Shown here piece by piece: positions 12,482 to 25,174 of a DNA stretch of 64,000 nucleotides; within the stretch, counting starts at the first letter, position 1, and each line of letters begins with the position of its first letter. The position numbers were made by a program, and so were the translations under genes. Where the stretch lies: assembly GCF_009914755.1 (NCBI RefSeq), contig NC_060937.1. The stretch is one strand, 5' to 3'. Below the pieces are notes generated by a model. It did not search any database. It was not told the DNA's origin and saw nothing but the letters and a program-made list of their open reading frames with translations. Origin of the DNA: the human T2T-CHM13v2.0 reference genome, Homo sapiens.

Positions 12482-14461
12482 TATGAGTATTATTTGCATT
12501 TTTGCAGTTTATCTTGTTATTTAGACAAGATTTTTATTTATGTATGTTAATATTATCTACATGAAAGCAGAATTTTACATGGCCATTTTAAACTCAAGAA
12601 GCATTATGCTCCCATTAATTTTCCCCTTAAATTAATTGGTGATAATTCTATTAATATTGTTAATAATGCAATGCTATTGTAGTTTTATTGATTTCTAGCA
12701 TACATATGCCTGATTTATAGTTATATATTGCTCTTTTTCTAATTTTTAGCTGGCATTTTGTTTTAGGTATAGCTTTTTAAACATCCCATAGCTGCAATTT
12801 TTGTGAAAATTAAGCTCACTGATTTTTTTATGGTAAATATACATGTTTATATTTATTCTTCTTTCTTGACATTTTGTTTTACATATTCTATTTATCATCC
12901 TGTTATTTTTTGTATAAATGTGTTCCTTGTTATGTTTGAGTAGTGAATTATATTGTTCAAAGTAAAAATTAAATATCAATTTTCTATAGTCAACATTGAT
13001 TAGTAATTAAATTTGATATTTTGAAAACACAGTAACAAACATGAAAACAAAAAGCAAGAAAGATTTTCTGCAAATCTATTTTCTGCCCTATTAATCTTCA
13101 TCTGATAATCAAATTTAAAACATGCAATTAATCTCCTCAACTAGAGTGTAGGCAACTTGAAAGTAAAAATGCAGAAGGAATCATCAGTAGATTACATGTT
13201 ATTTATGAACTGCTTACTCGGGACAGCAATAAGTAGCAGCACTCCCCAGGTTCAAAAAATTATACAGCAATTTACTTACTTTAAAGATGTATCCCTTGTT
13301 ATTTTCACATATCTTAATATTTCTTTAGAAAAGCAACACTTTTTCTTCTTTTCTTTCTTTGTTTTAAATGTGACAGAGGCTAGCCTCTGTGTCTGCCAAA
13401 ATTGCATTAATATCCTCATAAGTTGAGTTTTAGATCGGTGTAATGGAAAATTCATAGCAATTAGACAAAAGTTTATGCCCATTAAATCAAATAATACATT
13501 TTAAATGGTGCTTTTGGTATCTATATCATTCGTTTTTTTTTTTTAGAAATTCATTTTTATATTCTTCAACAATGCATATAGTAGAGTGACATCAGGGAGA
13601 TGTTGGAAGGAAGTTCCAGCCCGTGTTCCCCAACAGAAGTGCCAATTTCACAATGATATATAGAATACAATGCCTTATGAGAAGTCCAAAATCCACTTAA
13701 AAGGTTGCAGTACCCCACATGAGCACAAACAAAACAGCTACCAAATAGTAATGTTTAAAAATTGCAATTTAACCTTGAATATATCAGCCTTTTCCTAGCA
13801 GACATAGCTCAGTCTTAATACTGAGCTTTTACCCTATGGCGTCTTCCTTGGGGAAAAGATAGTGGAGTAATCTTCCAGTATTCCTCGCCTTTGGGTGCCT
13901 TGCTAAAAGAACTGGTTTCTGTCTTGCCTCACCTGGGGTGCTGACAGACCTGGCATAGTCCAAATGCCTGGGACATCTAAGAACAAAATAAAAATAGATG
14001 AGAGGTTTCTGCAGCCAGTACGGTTCTGCAAGTTGAGAGGAGGTGCAGAACCTGAGGCTTCTCTCACAAAGGGAAGTGAGTGGAATGGAGCATGACACAA
14101 ATATATCAGCCTTTTAATGTGCTGCCCAAGGGCCCAGGTTCTGTCTTGCCTCATCCAAAGTGCTGATGAGACTGGCATAGTTTAGTTGAGGCAACTAAAA
14201 ACAAATAAAAGGGTGAGTAGCTTGCTCTTTGAGAGACCCTGAGTCTCTAGCCATACTAATCAGCAAAGGATTTTGCCTATTAAAGCCAGTCTGTAAAGAT
14301 TGGGAGACATGGATGTTTTTTCAAATGCACAGACTACAATTCAAGACTAAAGGAAAATGAAGAATCAGAGGAACACAACACAATCAAAGGAAAAAATTAG
14401 ATCTCCAGTAGTTGACTCTAAAGAAATGGAGATCCGTAAATTTTCTGTTAGAGAAATCAGA

Positions 14462-14741
14462 GGCTGGGTGTGGTGGTGGTTTATGCCCACTACAAAAGTG
14501 TAATCCCATCACTTTGAGGATAGCTTGGAGTCAGGAGTTTGCAACTGCCCTGGGCAACACACAATATCTCATATCTACAAAAATAAAAATAAAAATATTA
14601 GCTGGGTATGGTGGTATGTGCCTGTAGTCTCAGCTATGGGGAGTCTAAGGCTGGAAGATCACTTGAGCCCAAGGGTTCAAGGCTGCAGCAAGCTATGATC
14701 ACACCACTGCACTCCTGCCTGGACAACCTCATCTCAAAAAA
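14462..14741 (+). mobile_element. AluJ (AluJo-like)
   Basis: Diverged dimer, GATCACTTGAGCCCAAGGGTTCAAGGCTGCAG; short TSD AAATCAG. Confidence 0.85.
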
Positions 14742-15590
14742 TCAGTGAGTTACAAAAGAACACAGATACACAACTAAATAAAATCAAGAAAATGTGCCAT
14801 GAATAAAATGAAAATATCAATAAATAGAAACCATTAAAAAGAACCAACAGATATTCTGGAGCTGAAGTATACAATAACAAAAATGAAAAATTCACAAGGG
14901 GGTTCAATAACATCTGTAATCAAGAAGAAGAAAGAATCAGTGAAGTTAATTTCTCTTTTGAAATTATCAAGGCAGACCAGAAAAGAAAAATAATTTTAAA
15001 AAGTGAATAAAGACTAAGGGAATTATGGAACACCATCAAGTGAACCAATATATGCCTCATGGAAGTTTAAGGAGTCAAGAAATAGAGAAAGATAGATAGA
15101 GAAAAAGAGTTATGTGGTTAGCTTATTTTAAGAAATAATGCCTGAAAATTTCCCAAATCTGAAGGGCAATAGACATCCAGATTCCTGAAACATGAAGACC
15201 TCAAATAAGATAAATTTAAAGAAATATACACTGGAACATATTATAATAAAACTATCAAAGTCAAGGCATAAAGGTAGAATTTTGAAAGCACCAAGAGAAA
15301 AGTGATGCATTATGTAAGTGGGATATTGAACTGCTGTTGCTACACAAGAACCTATGAAAGCATAAAAGTCAAAGATAATTTATAGGAAGATACAAAATAC
15401 TATAATACGTTAATGATAGTCTGTGAATCACTATTAATTTTAGTAGAAAACAAAGGTATAAAGCAAAATTGTAGCTACAAAAATGTAAATAGATGCACAC
15501 TACAAAATATGTAAATTGTGAAATGTAACATAAAAGTTTGAGGGTGGAGAAGTAAAATGTAACTTTTTTATGCAATTGAAGTTAAGTTGT

Positions 15591-15911
15591 TATTATTATT
15601 ATTTTTTATTCTCCAATTTAAAACTTTTAATTAAAAAGTAAACTTTAATGTCAAAAATGCAAACTTGGGGAAGACAGAAAAGATCACACACAAGGCTGTC
15701 ACTTCACACTTGGAAGGTTGCACAGCAGCCAGGCAGAGGCGCTCCTCACTTCCCAGACAGGACAGCGGCCAGGCAGAGCTGGTCCTCACATCCCAGATGG
15801 GGGCAGCAGCTGGGCAGAAGCGCTCCTCACTTCCCAGATGGGGTGGCAGCTGGGCAGAGGTGCTCCTCAATTCCCAGACAGGGCAACAGCCAGGCAGAGG
15901 CGATCGCTCCT
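15591..15911 (-). mobile_element. SVA2 element (SVA-type VNTR + unique 3' end + A-rich tail)
   Basis: ~4.6 copies of a 40-41-bp SVA VNTR unit (15725-15911); on the minus strand followed by GTGCAACCTTCCAAGTGTGAAGTGACAGCCTTGTGTGTGATC...ATTAAAAG...GGAGAATAAAAAAT; no SINE-R, Alu-like or CCCTCT domains. Confidence 0.8.
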
Positions 15912-17088
15912 GAGGAACTCCTGTTACAATTATAAGATGTATTATGTAAGCTCATGATAACCACAAAGTAAATGCTTTTATGCACAAAAGAAGGTACTCA
16001 AAGTACACGAGAAAGGAATTAAAGCATAACACTAAAAATTTAACGTAATATAAAGACAGACAGAAGAAAAGGAAAACAAGGGAAAAGAACAGACAGAAAA
16101 CAACAATGTAATAATCTTTCCTATCAATAATTATTTTAAACAAAAAGAAATTAAACTCACCAATGAAAAACATAGATTGGCTGAAAGAATATTTAAAAAA
16201 GACCCTACTATATGCCGTCTACAAGAGACTTACATATATACCTACATACTGTTTTATAAGAGACTTACGTATACACTTACATACGGTCTATAAGAGGCTT
16301 ATTTTATATTTAAATGTACACAAAAGCAGAAAGTGAAAGAATAGGGGAAAGACAGTCTCTGCAACAGATAAACAAAAGAGAGAAGAGGTGGATATACTTT
16401 TACCAGACAAAATAGACTTCAAGTCAAAAACTATCATGAGTCAAAAAATGTCATTATATAATGATGAAAGAATCAATATATCAGGAAAGCATAACAATTA
16501 TAAATATATATGCATTCACAATTAGATAACCCAAATGTAAAAAGCAACCATTGATGGGTCTGAGGGGAGAAACAGATAATGTAATAAGAATGAGAGACTT
16601 CAATAGATTACTTTTACTAATGGATAGAACAATCAGACATAAATTCAATAAAAAGGTGGGCTTGAACTATACTATGGAACAAATGGACCTAGAAGGCATA
16701 TACAGAACATTCCATCCAATAGCCAAAGAATACATATTCTCTCTATTATACAAGTACAGGAAATGCACATGACACTATGCAAAATTCTTTCATAATAAAA
16801 ACTGTCAACAACCTAAAATTAGAACAATAAAGGTCATCTGTAAAAAGACAACAACTAACATTATACTCAATGGTGAAAAATAATTGTTATTATTATTATT
16901 TTTAAGATCAGGAACAGGGAAAGAAACCCAATTCTTGCTGCTACTATTAAACATAGTACTGGAAGCACTAGCCAGAGCAATTAAGTAAGAAAAATAAGTA
17001 ACAGGCATCCAAAATGAAAAGGAAGAAGTATCATTATCTCTGCTTATGTAAGACACGATCTTGTGTATAGAGAACCCTAAAGATTTGC

Positions 17089-17117
<29 letters not shown>
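17089..17117. repeat. (CA)n microsatellite
   Basis: Uninterrupted CA run. Confidence 0.95.
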
Positions 17118-17120
<3 letters not shown>

Positions 17121-17250
17121 GCTGTCTGCACAAATAAACAAATTATATAAAGTGTTAAGATACAAAATCAACAAATACAAATCGGTTTTGTCTACATACA
17201 TTAATAACTATTTAAAATAAAATGAAGAAAGCAACCCCATTTAAAATAAG

Positions 17251-19692
17251 ATATACACTGAATGTTTCTGTCCTCATTTCTCTAGTTCGTGTGTTGAAAC
17301 TCTAATTCTCAATGTGATGGTATTAGGAGATGAGATTTTGAGAGGATAGGAGGTCACAAGGGTAAAGCTATATGATGGGATTTGTTATTTTATAAGAAGA
17401 GGCAGGAGCCAGCTTATTTCATCTCTCTCATTCTCAGCCATATCAGGACACAGTAAGACAAAGGCCATTTGAAGTCCAGAAGGAAAGTTCTCAGTAGACA
17501 CCAGATTTGCCAGCACATTGGTATTTGACTCTCCAGACTCCACAACTGTAAGAAATAAACTTTTGTTTTTTAAGTCACCTAGTCACTTGAACTAAGACAG
17601 AAATTGGTACTAATAAGTTGGGTATTGCTGTAATAAATAACCTAAACATGAGGAAACAACCTTAGAACTTGATAATGTATAGCAACGGAAGAATTTTGAA
17701 GCACATGGTAGAAAAATACTAACATTGTCATAAAGGAACTTTATTGGGGATTCTGGTGAGGCCTCAAAAAGAAAATAGGAGAGCAGTAGAAAAAGCTTCT
17801 GTTTTCTTAGAAAATGCCTAAATAATCATGTGTGGAATGTTGGTATAATTATGAACATATATGAAAATTCTAATGAGGTCTGACAGAATGAGGAACACAT
17901 TATTGGACAAAGTAGGAGTGATGGACCTTGTTATAAGGTAACAAAAAGTTGACTGAATTGTGTGTATGCTCTAGGGTTTTGTGGAAGATAAACTTGCATA
18001 TAATAAAACTGGATATTTAGCTGAGGATATTCTTAAGCAAAATGTTGAAGGAGAAAATTGGTTTATCCTAACTGCTTATAGTAAAATAAGAGAAGAGAGA
18101 AATGAATTGAATAAGTAATTTTTAAGCAAAAAGGAAACAGAGTTTAAAGATTTTGAAAAGTATCAGCTTGTCTGTATTGCAAAAAATGAGAAAGAATATT
18201 TTGCAGAAAGCATTAGGTGTGTGAGTGAGCAAAAGTTTGATAAGAATAAAAACCATAGACTAAATCAGCCACCCCAGCAGAAACATCATCACTTTGAGCT
18301 GAACGGAAAAGAAATGTGATGGAATGCAGGAGGCTATTAGATTTCTTCAATTCTACAAAACAGGATGATAAAACTATTCAGCTGAGAACTTAAGCTATTA
18401 TTTAAGAAAATGGAAGAATGGCCCTGATTCAGGGATTATAAAATCAACATGTAGGTTTTAACAGCGAAGATAGTCTTCAACAGAGGCCGTGAGGGTAAGA
18501 CCACTGCAGAGAGCCATGGGTGTACATCACGCTGCTGAGCTGTAAGAAGTATCTTCTCACCCCAGTGGGCCTGGAGAGTAGAGCATTAGGCCAAAGGAAA
18601 CAATTTTTGTACCTTATGATTTCATGAATTTGTCTTGCTGGATTTTGAACTTGCTTGAGACACATCACTCCTTTCTTCCTTCTTATTTCTCTCTGTTGGA
18701 ATAGAAATGTCTATCCTATGTCTGTTTCACCATTGTATTTTGAAAACACATAACTTGTTTGCTTTCACAGTTCATAACTAGAATGTATATGTGATATTCA
18801 CAATCATATCTTGAATATCACATGTACAAGATTTAGATGATATTTAGGTAGAACTTTAGACTTAGACTTTAGATTGAAGCCTGGAATGAGTAAGATTTGG
18901 GGGACCTTTGGTATTGATGAATGTATTTGGCATATGAGAAGACATTAAATTTGAGGATTGGGCAGGGGTGGAGTGCTGTGAACTAAATGTTTACATTCCT
19001 CCACAATTCATATATTGAAACCTTAATATCCAATCTGATGGAATTTGGAGATGAGGCTGTTGGGATGTAATCATACAATGAGGGTGGAGCCCTGTAATGG
19101 GATTTGTTGCCTTATAACAAAAAAAGATAGGAGACAATTGTCTTCCTTTCTCTTATTCTTAGCCATATGAGGCCACAGAAAGAAGAATCTTGCCTGCAAA
19201 ACAGGAAGATCTTACCAGAAACTGAATCTGCTGGCACTTCGCTATTGAACATGCAAGCACCTAAATTGTGAGTAAATAATGCTTTTTTTTTTTTTTCTTT
19301 TTGAGACAGAGTCTTGCTCTATCACCCAAGCTGGAGTGCAGTGGTGCAATCATGGCTCACTGCAGCCTCAACCTCCTGGGCTCTAGTGATCCTCCTACCT
19401 CAACTTTTCAATTAACTAGGACTACAAGCACAAACCATCAAGATCAGCTAATTTATTTTTTATTTTTTACTTTTTATTTTTTGAAGAGACTGTCTCACTT
19501 TGTTACCCAGGCTGGTCTTGAACTCCTGGCCTCAAACAATCCTCTTGCCTTGGCCTCTCAAAGTGCTAGAATTACTGACATGAGCCACTAAGCCTGGCCT
19601 GATGCTTTTTGTCTTGCTTTGATTTGTTTTGTTTTGTTTTAAGGCACCAGTATGTGGTATTTTTGTTAGAGTAGTCCAAACTGACTATGACA
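17251..19692 (+). mobile_element. Two-LTR MaLR element (MLT1A/MST-type): 5'LTR ~17251-17599, internal 17600-18973, 3'LTR 18974-19692
   Basis: Both LTRs share GTTGAAAC..TAAT..CAAT.TGATGG..T.GGAGATGAG and end ACTA.GACA; internal starts GAAATTGGTACT; purine tract GGGGCAGGGGTGGAG before the 3'LTR; host L1 resumes directly after. Confidence 0.85.
19283..19599 (-). mobile_element. AluJ inside the MaLR 3'LTR
   Basis: T-run then GAGACAGAGTCTTGCTC...AGCCTGGCC; TSD-like ATGCTTTT both sides. Confidence 0.92.
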
Positions 19693-22600
19693 CAATAGTT
19701 TCAAAAGTGATTAAATATTTAGGAATAGACTTAATCAAATGGTGAAAGACTTGTATACTTAGAAATTATGAAAAAATGATGAAAATATGAAGGAAGACAT
19801 AAATAAATTGAAGACACCTATCTTCATGGATTGGAGGACTTAATGTTGGTAAAATGACCATGCTCTCTGAAGCAATACACAGATTAAAGGAAATCCCTAT
19901 AAAAACCCCAATGTCATTTTTTACAGAGATAGAAAGAACAGTGTTGAAATTTATATGGAGCCACAAATGTTGCTCAGAAGCCAAAGAAATTTGGGGAAAA
20001 GGGAATAAACCTGGAGGCATCACACTTTCTGATTTTAAAATATGTTACACAGCTATAGTAATAAAAACAACGTGGTTCTGGCATATAAAAGGACATACAG
20101 ACCAATAGAACTGACTAGAGAACCCAGAGATATATGGTCAACTGCTCCTTTACAAGGGTGCCAAAATACACAATGGGTAAGAATAGCCTTTCAGTAAATG
20201 ATGTTGAAAAATTTAACTATTCACATGTAAAATAATAAAATTGAACCCATATCTATCATATGCAAAAATTAACTAAAAATTGATTAAAGACTTAAATGCA
20301 GTACCTGAAACTGTAAAAGTCCTGGAAGAAAATAGAAAATCAGAGCTTCATGACATTGGTCTTGGAAATGATTTCTTGAATATGACACCAAAAGCATGAG
20401 CAACATATGCAAAAAATAAACAAGTAAAACTATGTCAAACTAAAATTCTTCTTCAAAGTAAAGAAGACAATCAATAAAGTGAAAAGGCAGCTTTGAAATG
20501 GCTTAAAATATCTGATAAAAAGTTAATATATAAAATATAGAAGAAAATACAATTCAATAGCAAAATAATGATAATTATGAATAATTCCAATTTAAAAATG
20601 GGAAAAGACTTGAATAGCCATTTCTCCAAAGAAGACATAAAAAAATGGACATGAGGTATATAAAAAGTTTCTCAATATTCTTAGTCATCAGGAAATGCAA
20701 ATCAAAATCATGATGAAGTATCACCTTACACATGTTAAGATGGCTATTATAAAAACAAACAAAACAGAACCACAAGGACATAAAAGCACTGGCAATAATG
20801 CGATGAAATTAGAACCTTTGTACTCCATTGTTGAGAATGTCAAATGGAGCAACCACTACAGAAAAAGTATAGAGTTCCCTCAGAAAACTAAAAATAGAAC
20901 CACCATATGTTTCAGCAATCCCACATTTGAATTGAAGTCAGAATCTCAAAGACATGTCCGTGTTCCCAGTTTGATTCCAGCATTGGTTACAATATCCAAG
21001 ATATGGAACAACCTAAGTGTCCATTGACAGATGAATGAATAAAGAAAATATGTTACATGCATGTAATGAAACATTATTCAACTTTAAAATGAAGAAAATT
21101 ATTCCATATATGACAATGTGGATGAACACAGAGGACAATATGCTAAGTGAAATAAGCCAGTCACAGAAAAATAAATATTGCATGATTTCACTTATATGAG
21201 GCATCTAAAATAGACTCATAGAAGCAGTGGGGAGAATGGTGGTTTCCGGGGGCTAGGGAAAAGTGAAAATAGAAAGTTATCATTGAAGGGGTATTAATAT
21301 TCAAATATACAAGTTAAATAAGCTCTACTGATCTGTACAAATGTTGTGCTGGTAGTTAACAGTACATATTATTTTGTATTTATCTGGAAGCTATTTTCTC
21401 TGTGAGCATGTACATTAGTGAGAGGTGGCAGAAGGCATATATGATGTTCTTCTGGTACTGAGATGATGGTAATAGGAACAAAAAGCATAATGAGCATTAG
21501 CAGCGGTATAATGTTGGCCTTTGGGAAACATGAATCCACAACATTCACTTGGATTTCTCTCTCCAGCCACAACAGCCATCCTTGAGGCACAGATCTGTAT
21601 CCAAATTACACTCACTGACTCGTGGAAACTTAGTTTTGTAACCCTAATGCATTGTTATATAGGCTTATAAAGCTAATTTTTTAGCTACAATGAGTCCTTG
21701 GAGCTCTCTGACTTTTTTTTGCTCTGCATAGACCATTTGGTATATGAATATGAACATACTAAGAAACTAACACAATAATCCAGGCTCACAGCACCCCCTG
21801 GATTATTCCTTTGGACTCATGATGCAGAGCAGAAAATGGCCAAGATTTTAACTGTCTTTCCAAAAATGCTATACTCCAATAAGGAATTCCTTGCATTCTC
21901 TTTTGCAGCTAACAACACACTCATTGATTAAAGCCATAATTTTCTGATTAAGGTGAAATAGATCACACTACTTAAGGTGTTCTTGTCATTTATCACGATT
22001 TCAATATGTTAAAAATGTAGGGTATTTCTTACATGAAGAAACACAGCAAAGCATACATGGGCTTTTCATTCATTATTCCCTTTGAAATCATTTTTGCTTT
22101 TTCTGAAAAAATGATCAGAAGGCCATTCCAAAAAAGAGCTCTTCCTACTTAAAACACTTTGTACATATCAGACTAACCAGATTGTATCTTTCTCATTATT
22201 TTTTCTATATGCTCTACTAGCCTCAAGGACAGGGTCTGGATCTTACTTATTCTGTAAAGAGGTCGCCAGATACATTTTACAAATCTGTTGTTTATACAAC
22301 CTCAAGTGAAATCTTGAAGATAACATCGGTTGAATTACTAATGTCCACGTAAAAAACATTTAAAAGCAGCCTATATGCTTCTAAATTTTAAAATTAGCAT
22401 ACTTTTCTTCTTATACTATGTTAAGTGTTAGAATCCATTTTAATGGACAAAGAAAAGATCCATTTTCTTTTCTGACAGAATCATAGTTTTGAAAATATTG
22501 ACATATAATCAAATTATCCAAAAAAACCCCATACTACTCAGCTTCTAACTGCTTAAAGAATGAATTAATCATACAGAAATGCTGTGGAAAAAATGATTTC

Positions 22601-23109
22601 ATAGTGCAAAAAGATAGAATCTTGCCATAGGCATCTATTTATAGAGGCTGCTCTGCATATATCTATAGATGCTGTTTTTTTTTCTGTCTCTGCAAACACA
22701 TATGAAAACCTTTATAGGGATGAAAAACACACTTTAAAACTACCTGTTACAAAAAAATTGTAAGTTTTATCATGTAACTCTTCCTACACTCACTTTTGAC
22801 AGTTGACTTTACACACAACAAAAATCCTCTACTTCTGAACAAACATATTTTTAAAAGGATATGAGAAAATGATATTGGAAACAAAATTATATTGAAGCTA
22901 ATACTTATCTGTGAGTATATTAATCACATGAGAATTAGCATCAGTATAATGTTGGCCTTTGGGCAACATCAGCACTACCCTTTCATTTGGCTTTCTCTCT
23001 TTAGTGGAGTGTCAAGCCTATGCTAAAAGTAGGCTAGAAAGTGACGGTCTGAAGATGAGTAAGGCATTTATATGCTACTAGCTACAAATTTACAAAATCT
23101 AGTCAGGGA

Positions 23110-23370
23110 GTCATAAAAATACCCTAGAATTAAAACAATATATGCTAAGTGTAAATTTTACTGCAGTTTCTGTGGATCAGAAATTCCAGAAAAGCTTACT
23201 GGGACCATTTTGGCTGAGGGTCTTGTATGGGATTGCAGACAGTGGCTGCAGCTGAAATGCTCAGGGCTGGACAACATCTCTTTCTCTATCTATGTAGCTT
23301 CAGGAATTCCCGGTGCTATTTCTACATGGGCTAGTTTATTCTTTCTCACCACATGGTGGCTTTAGGCCAG
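23110..23370 (-). mobile_element. Old MLT1-family LTR fragment
   Basis: TTTCTGTGGATCAGAAATTC...ACATGGGCTAG...CACATGGTGGC. Confidence 0.55.
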
Positions 23371-23760
23371 GAGTCCCTACTTGGCCCTTTTGGGACACCA
23401 TTCAGTGGGTGTATTGTTGCAACTTGTTCCAGCATCACAAAGATGAAAGTCTAGGTTCCCACTCAATTTTTGCTGAGATGTCCTGGGGTGCAACCACAGT
23501 CTTGCCTGTGGTCTTGAGATAGACTATAGCAAATTATCATCTAAATGTTTTTGGTCTTGTGAGGCTACCCTATATTTGGTCCTTTGGCTACAGAGAGCAG
23601 ACTTTATCTGGTGTTTTTTACTCTGTGTCTATTTGTGTTTCCATACTGCCAAACTCTTCAGCTCCAAGTGTTGGATATGTGAGAGAAAAAGAAAATGAGG
23701 GAACTTTCCACAGTGCTGGGTTCCGAGATCCCTGGCTAGTCTGCCGCTTTCAAATTTTTC
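23370..23760 (-). mobile_element. Old L1M 5'-region fragment
   Basis: Similar to 9820-10020; tentative family. Confidence 0.4.
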
Positions 23761-24178
23761 TAATTCAACTTCCTGGAAAAGTAATTCTCTTATTCTCATT
23801 TTGAGATTTTAGAAACAAACCAAAAAGACTGGCCAATATGATTCTCTACGAATACTACATTTTCTTTGTTGTTTAAGGCAGGTGGAATAAGTCACCGTAA
23901 CCTTTGGTGTTGTAATTCCTCTGATAATTAGACCCAAACAGGAAATCAATTTGCTGTTAATATATTTATTGAACAAAGAGGAAAAGATACCACTGTTTCA
24001 ATCTGAACCCAACTTTTCCAGAAATACACAAAATATGTTTCCAGACAAATTAGTATGAGGCTTTCAACAATTTTGGGTAAGTTTAGATAATGTTATTTGC
24101 TGAAGGTATGATCACTATTATAGTTCAGCAAAAGAGCCTCCGGGATAATTTTTTCCTTTCAGTTCATAACAAAGCATT

Positions 24179-24894
24179 TGTCTTAGTCTGCTTTGTGTTG
24201 CTATAACAGAATACCACAGACTGGGTAATCTATAAAGAACAGAGATTTATTTCTTACAGTTCTGGAGGCTGGAAAGTTCAAGGTCAAGGTACCCATTCTG
24301 GCAGGGGCCTTCTTACTTTGTCATCCAATGGCAGAAATTGGAAAGGCAAAAGAACATGCACTAGAGAGAGCAATAGATCGAACTCACAGCCTCAAGCCCT
24401 TTTATCAGCATTAATCCATTCATGAGGCTAGAGCCATATTTACATGCTATAAATATATTAACAGCAAATCAATTCTATTTTGGTCTAATTTTCAGAGAAG
24501 TGGCAACACAAATGGTTGTGATAATTTATTCCATTTGCCTTTTACAACAAAGAAAAAGTAGTAACAATAGTAAGGATATAAACCAGTATTTTGGTTTGTT
24601 TCTAAAATGTTAAAATATCAGTGACAGAATTACATTTTTAGGAAGATGTATTTGAAAACTTTGAAAAAGGTATACTAAGTAGGGACTTCAGGACCCAATG
24701 AACAGTATGGTGGTATATTCCCTGGTTTTCTTCCTCTCTTTCAATTCTAAGACTTAAAGTTGAAGAAGCTGACAATGTGGAAACACAGCTAGACATAGAC
24801 ATAAACACTTCCTATTAGACCCTAATTCTAAACACTTTTGCATTGAGGATTAAGTTTCCAGATGCTTTTTCAGGGATATACTCAAACCATAGCA
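24179..24894 (-). mobile_element. MSTC/MSTD-like MaLR solo LTR interrupted by a ~365-bp insert (24436-24801)
   Basis: TGTCTTAGTCTGCTTTGTGTTGCTATAACAGAATACCACAGACTGGG...; resumes TAAACACTTCC and ends CAAACCATAGCA; 5-bp TSD GCATT/GCATC. Confidence 0.85.
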
Positions 24895-25174
24895 GCATCA
24901 CTTTAGGTTACTGGAGTGATACTTCTAGTGTGGGTGTACCTGCTTTAGATCTAAAAAAGCTGTTATAATACATTTAGCTAGAACTCATTTGGATTTGCAT
25001 TTTCTTCAAGAGGCCCCTAAAATAAAGAACCCCAAATTGATCAAGTTCATATATTTCTTGCATATCCTTGAAAGTCTGAGTTGAGGCTATGTTGCTATAC
25101 TTAGCCAGTCTTTCTTTAGTGAATACAGTTCAATTAAATAGATTTTCAAACTTGCAAAGATGGTATGCTAATGC

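Larger units (their letters stand above)
13585..21375 (+). mobile_element. Near full-length, internally deleted old L1M (5'UTR, ORF1, ORF2 EN/RT, 3'UTR); hosts Alu, SVA2 and a MaLR element
   Basis: ORF1-like 14330-15320; ORF2 EN start ~16110 (TCAATAATT...AACTCACCAATGAAAAACATAGATTGGCTGAA); RT motifs 16830-17080; C-terminus and 3'UTR 19693-21375; degenerate. Confidence 0.85.

Noticed and set aside
15631-15957. Overlapping ORFs with repeated peptides
   Set aside because: Translations of the SVA2 VNTR
19854-21027. ORFs with L1 ORF2 similarity (also 3018, 16551, 45068, 45555)
   Set aside because: Short fragments of dead L1 copies broken by stops and frameshifts
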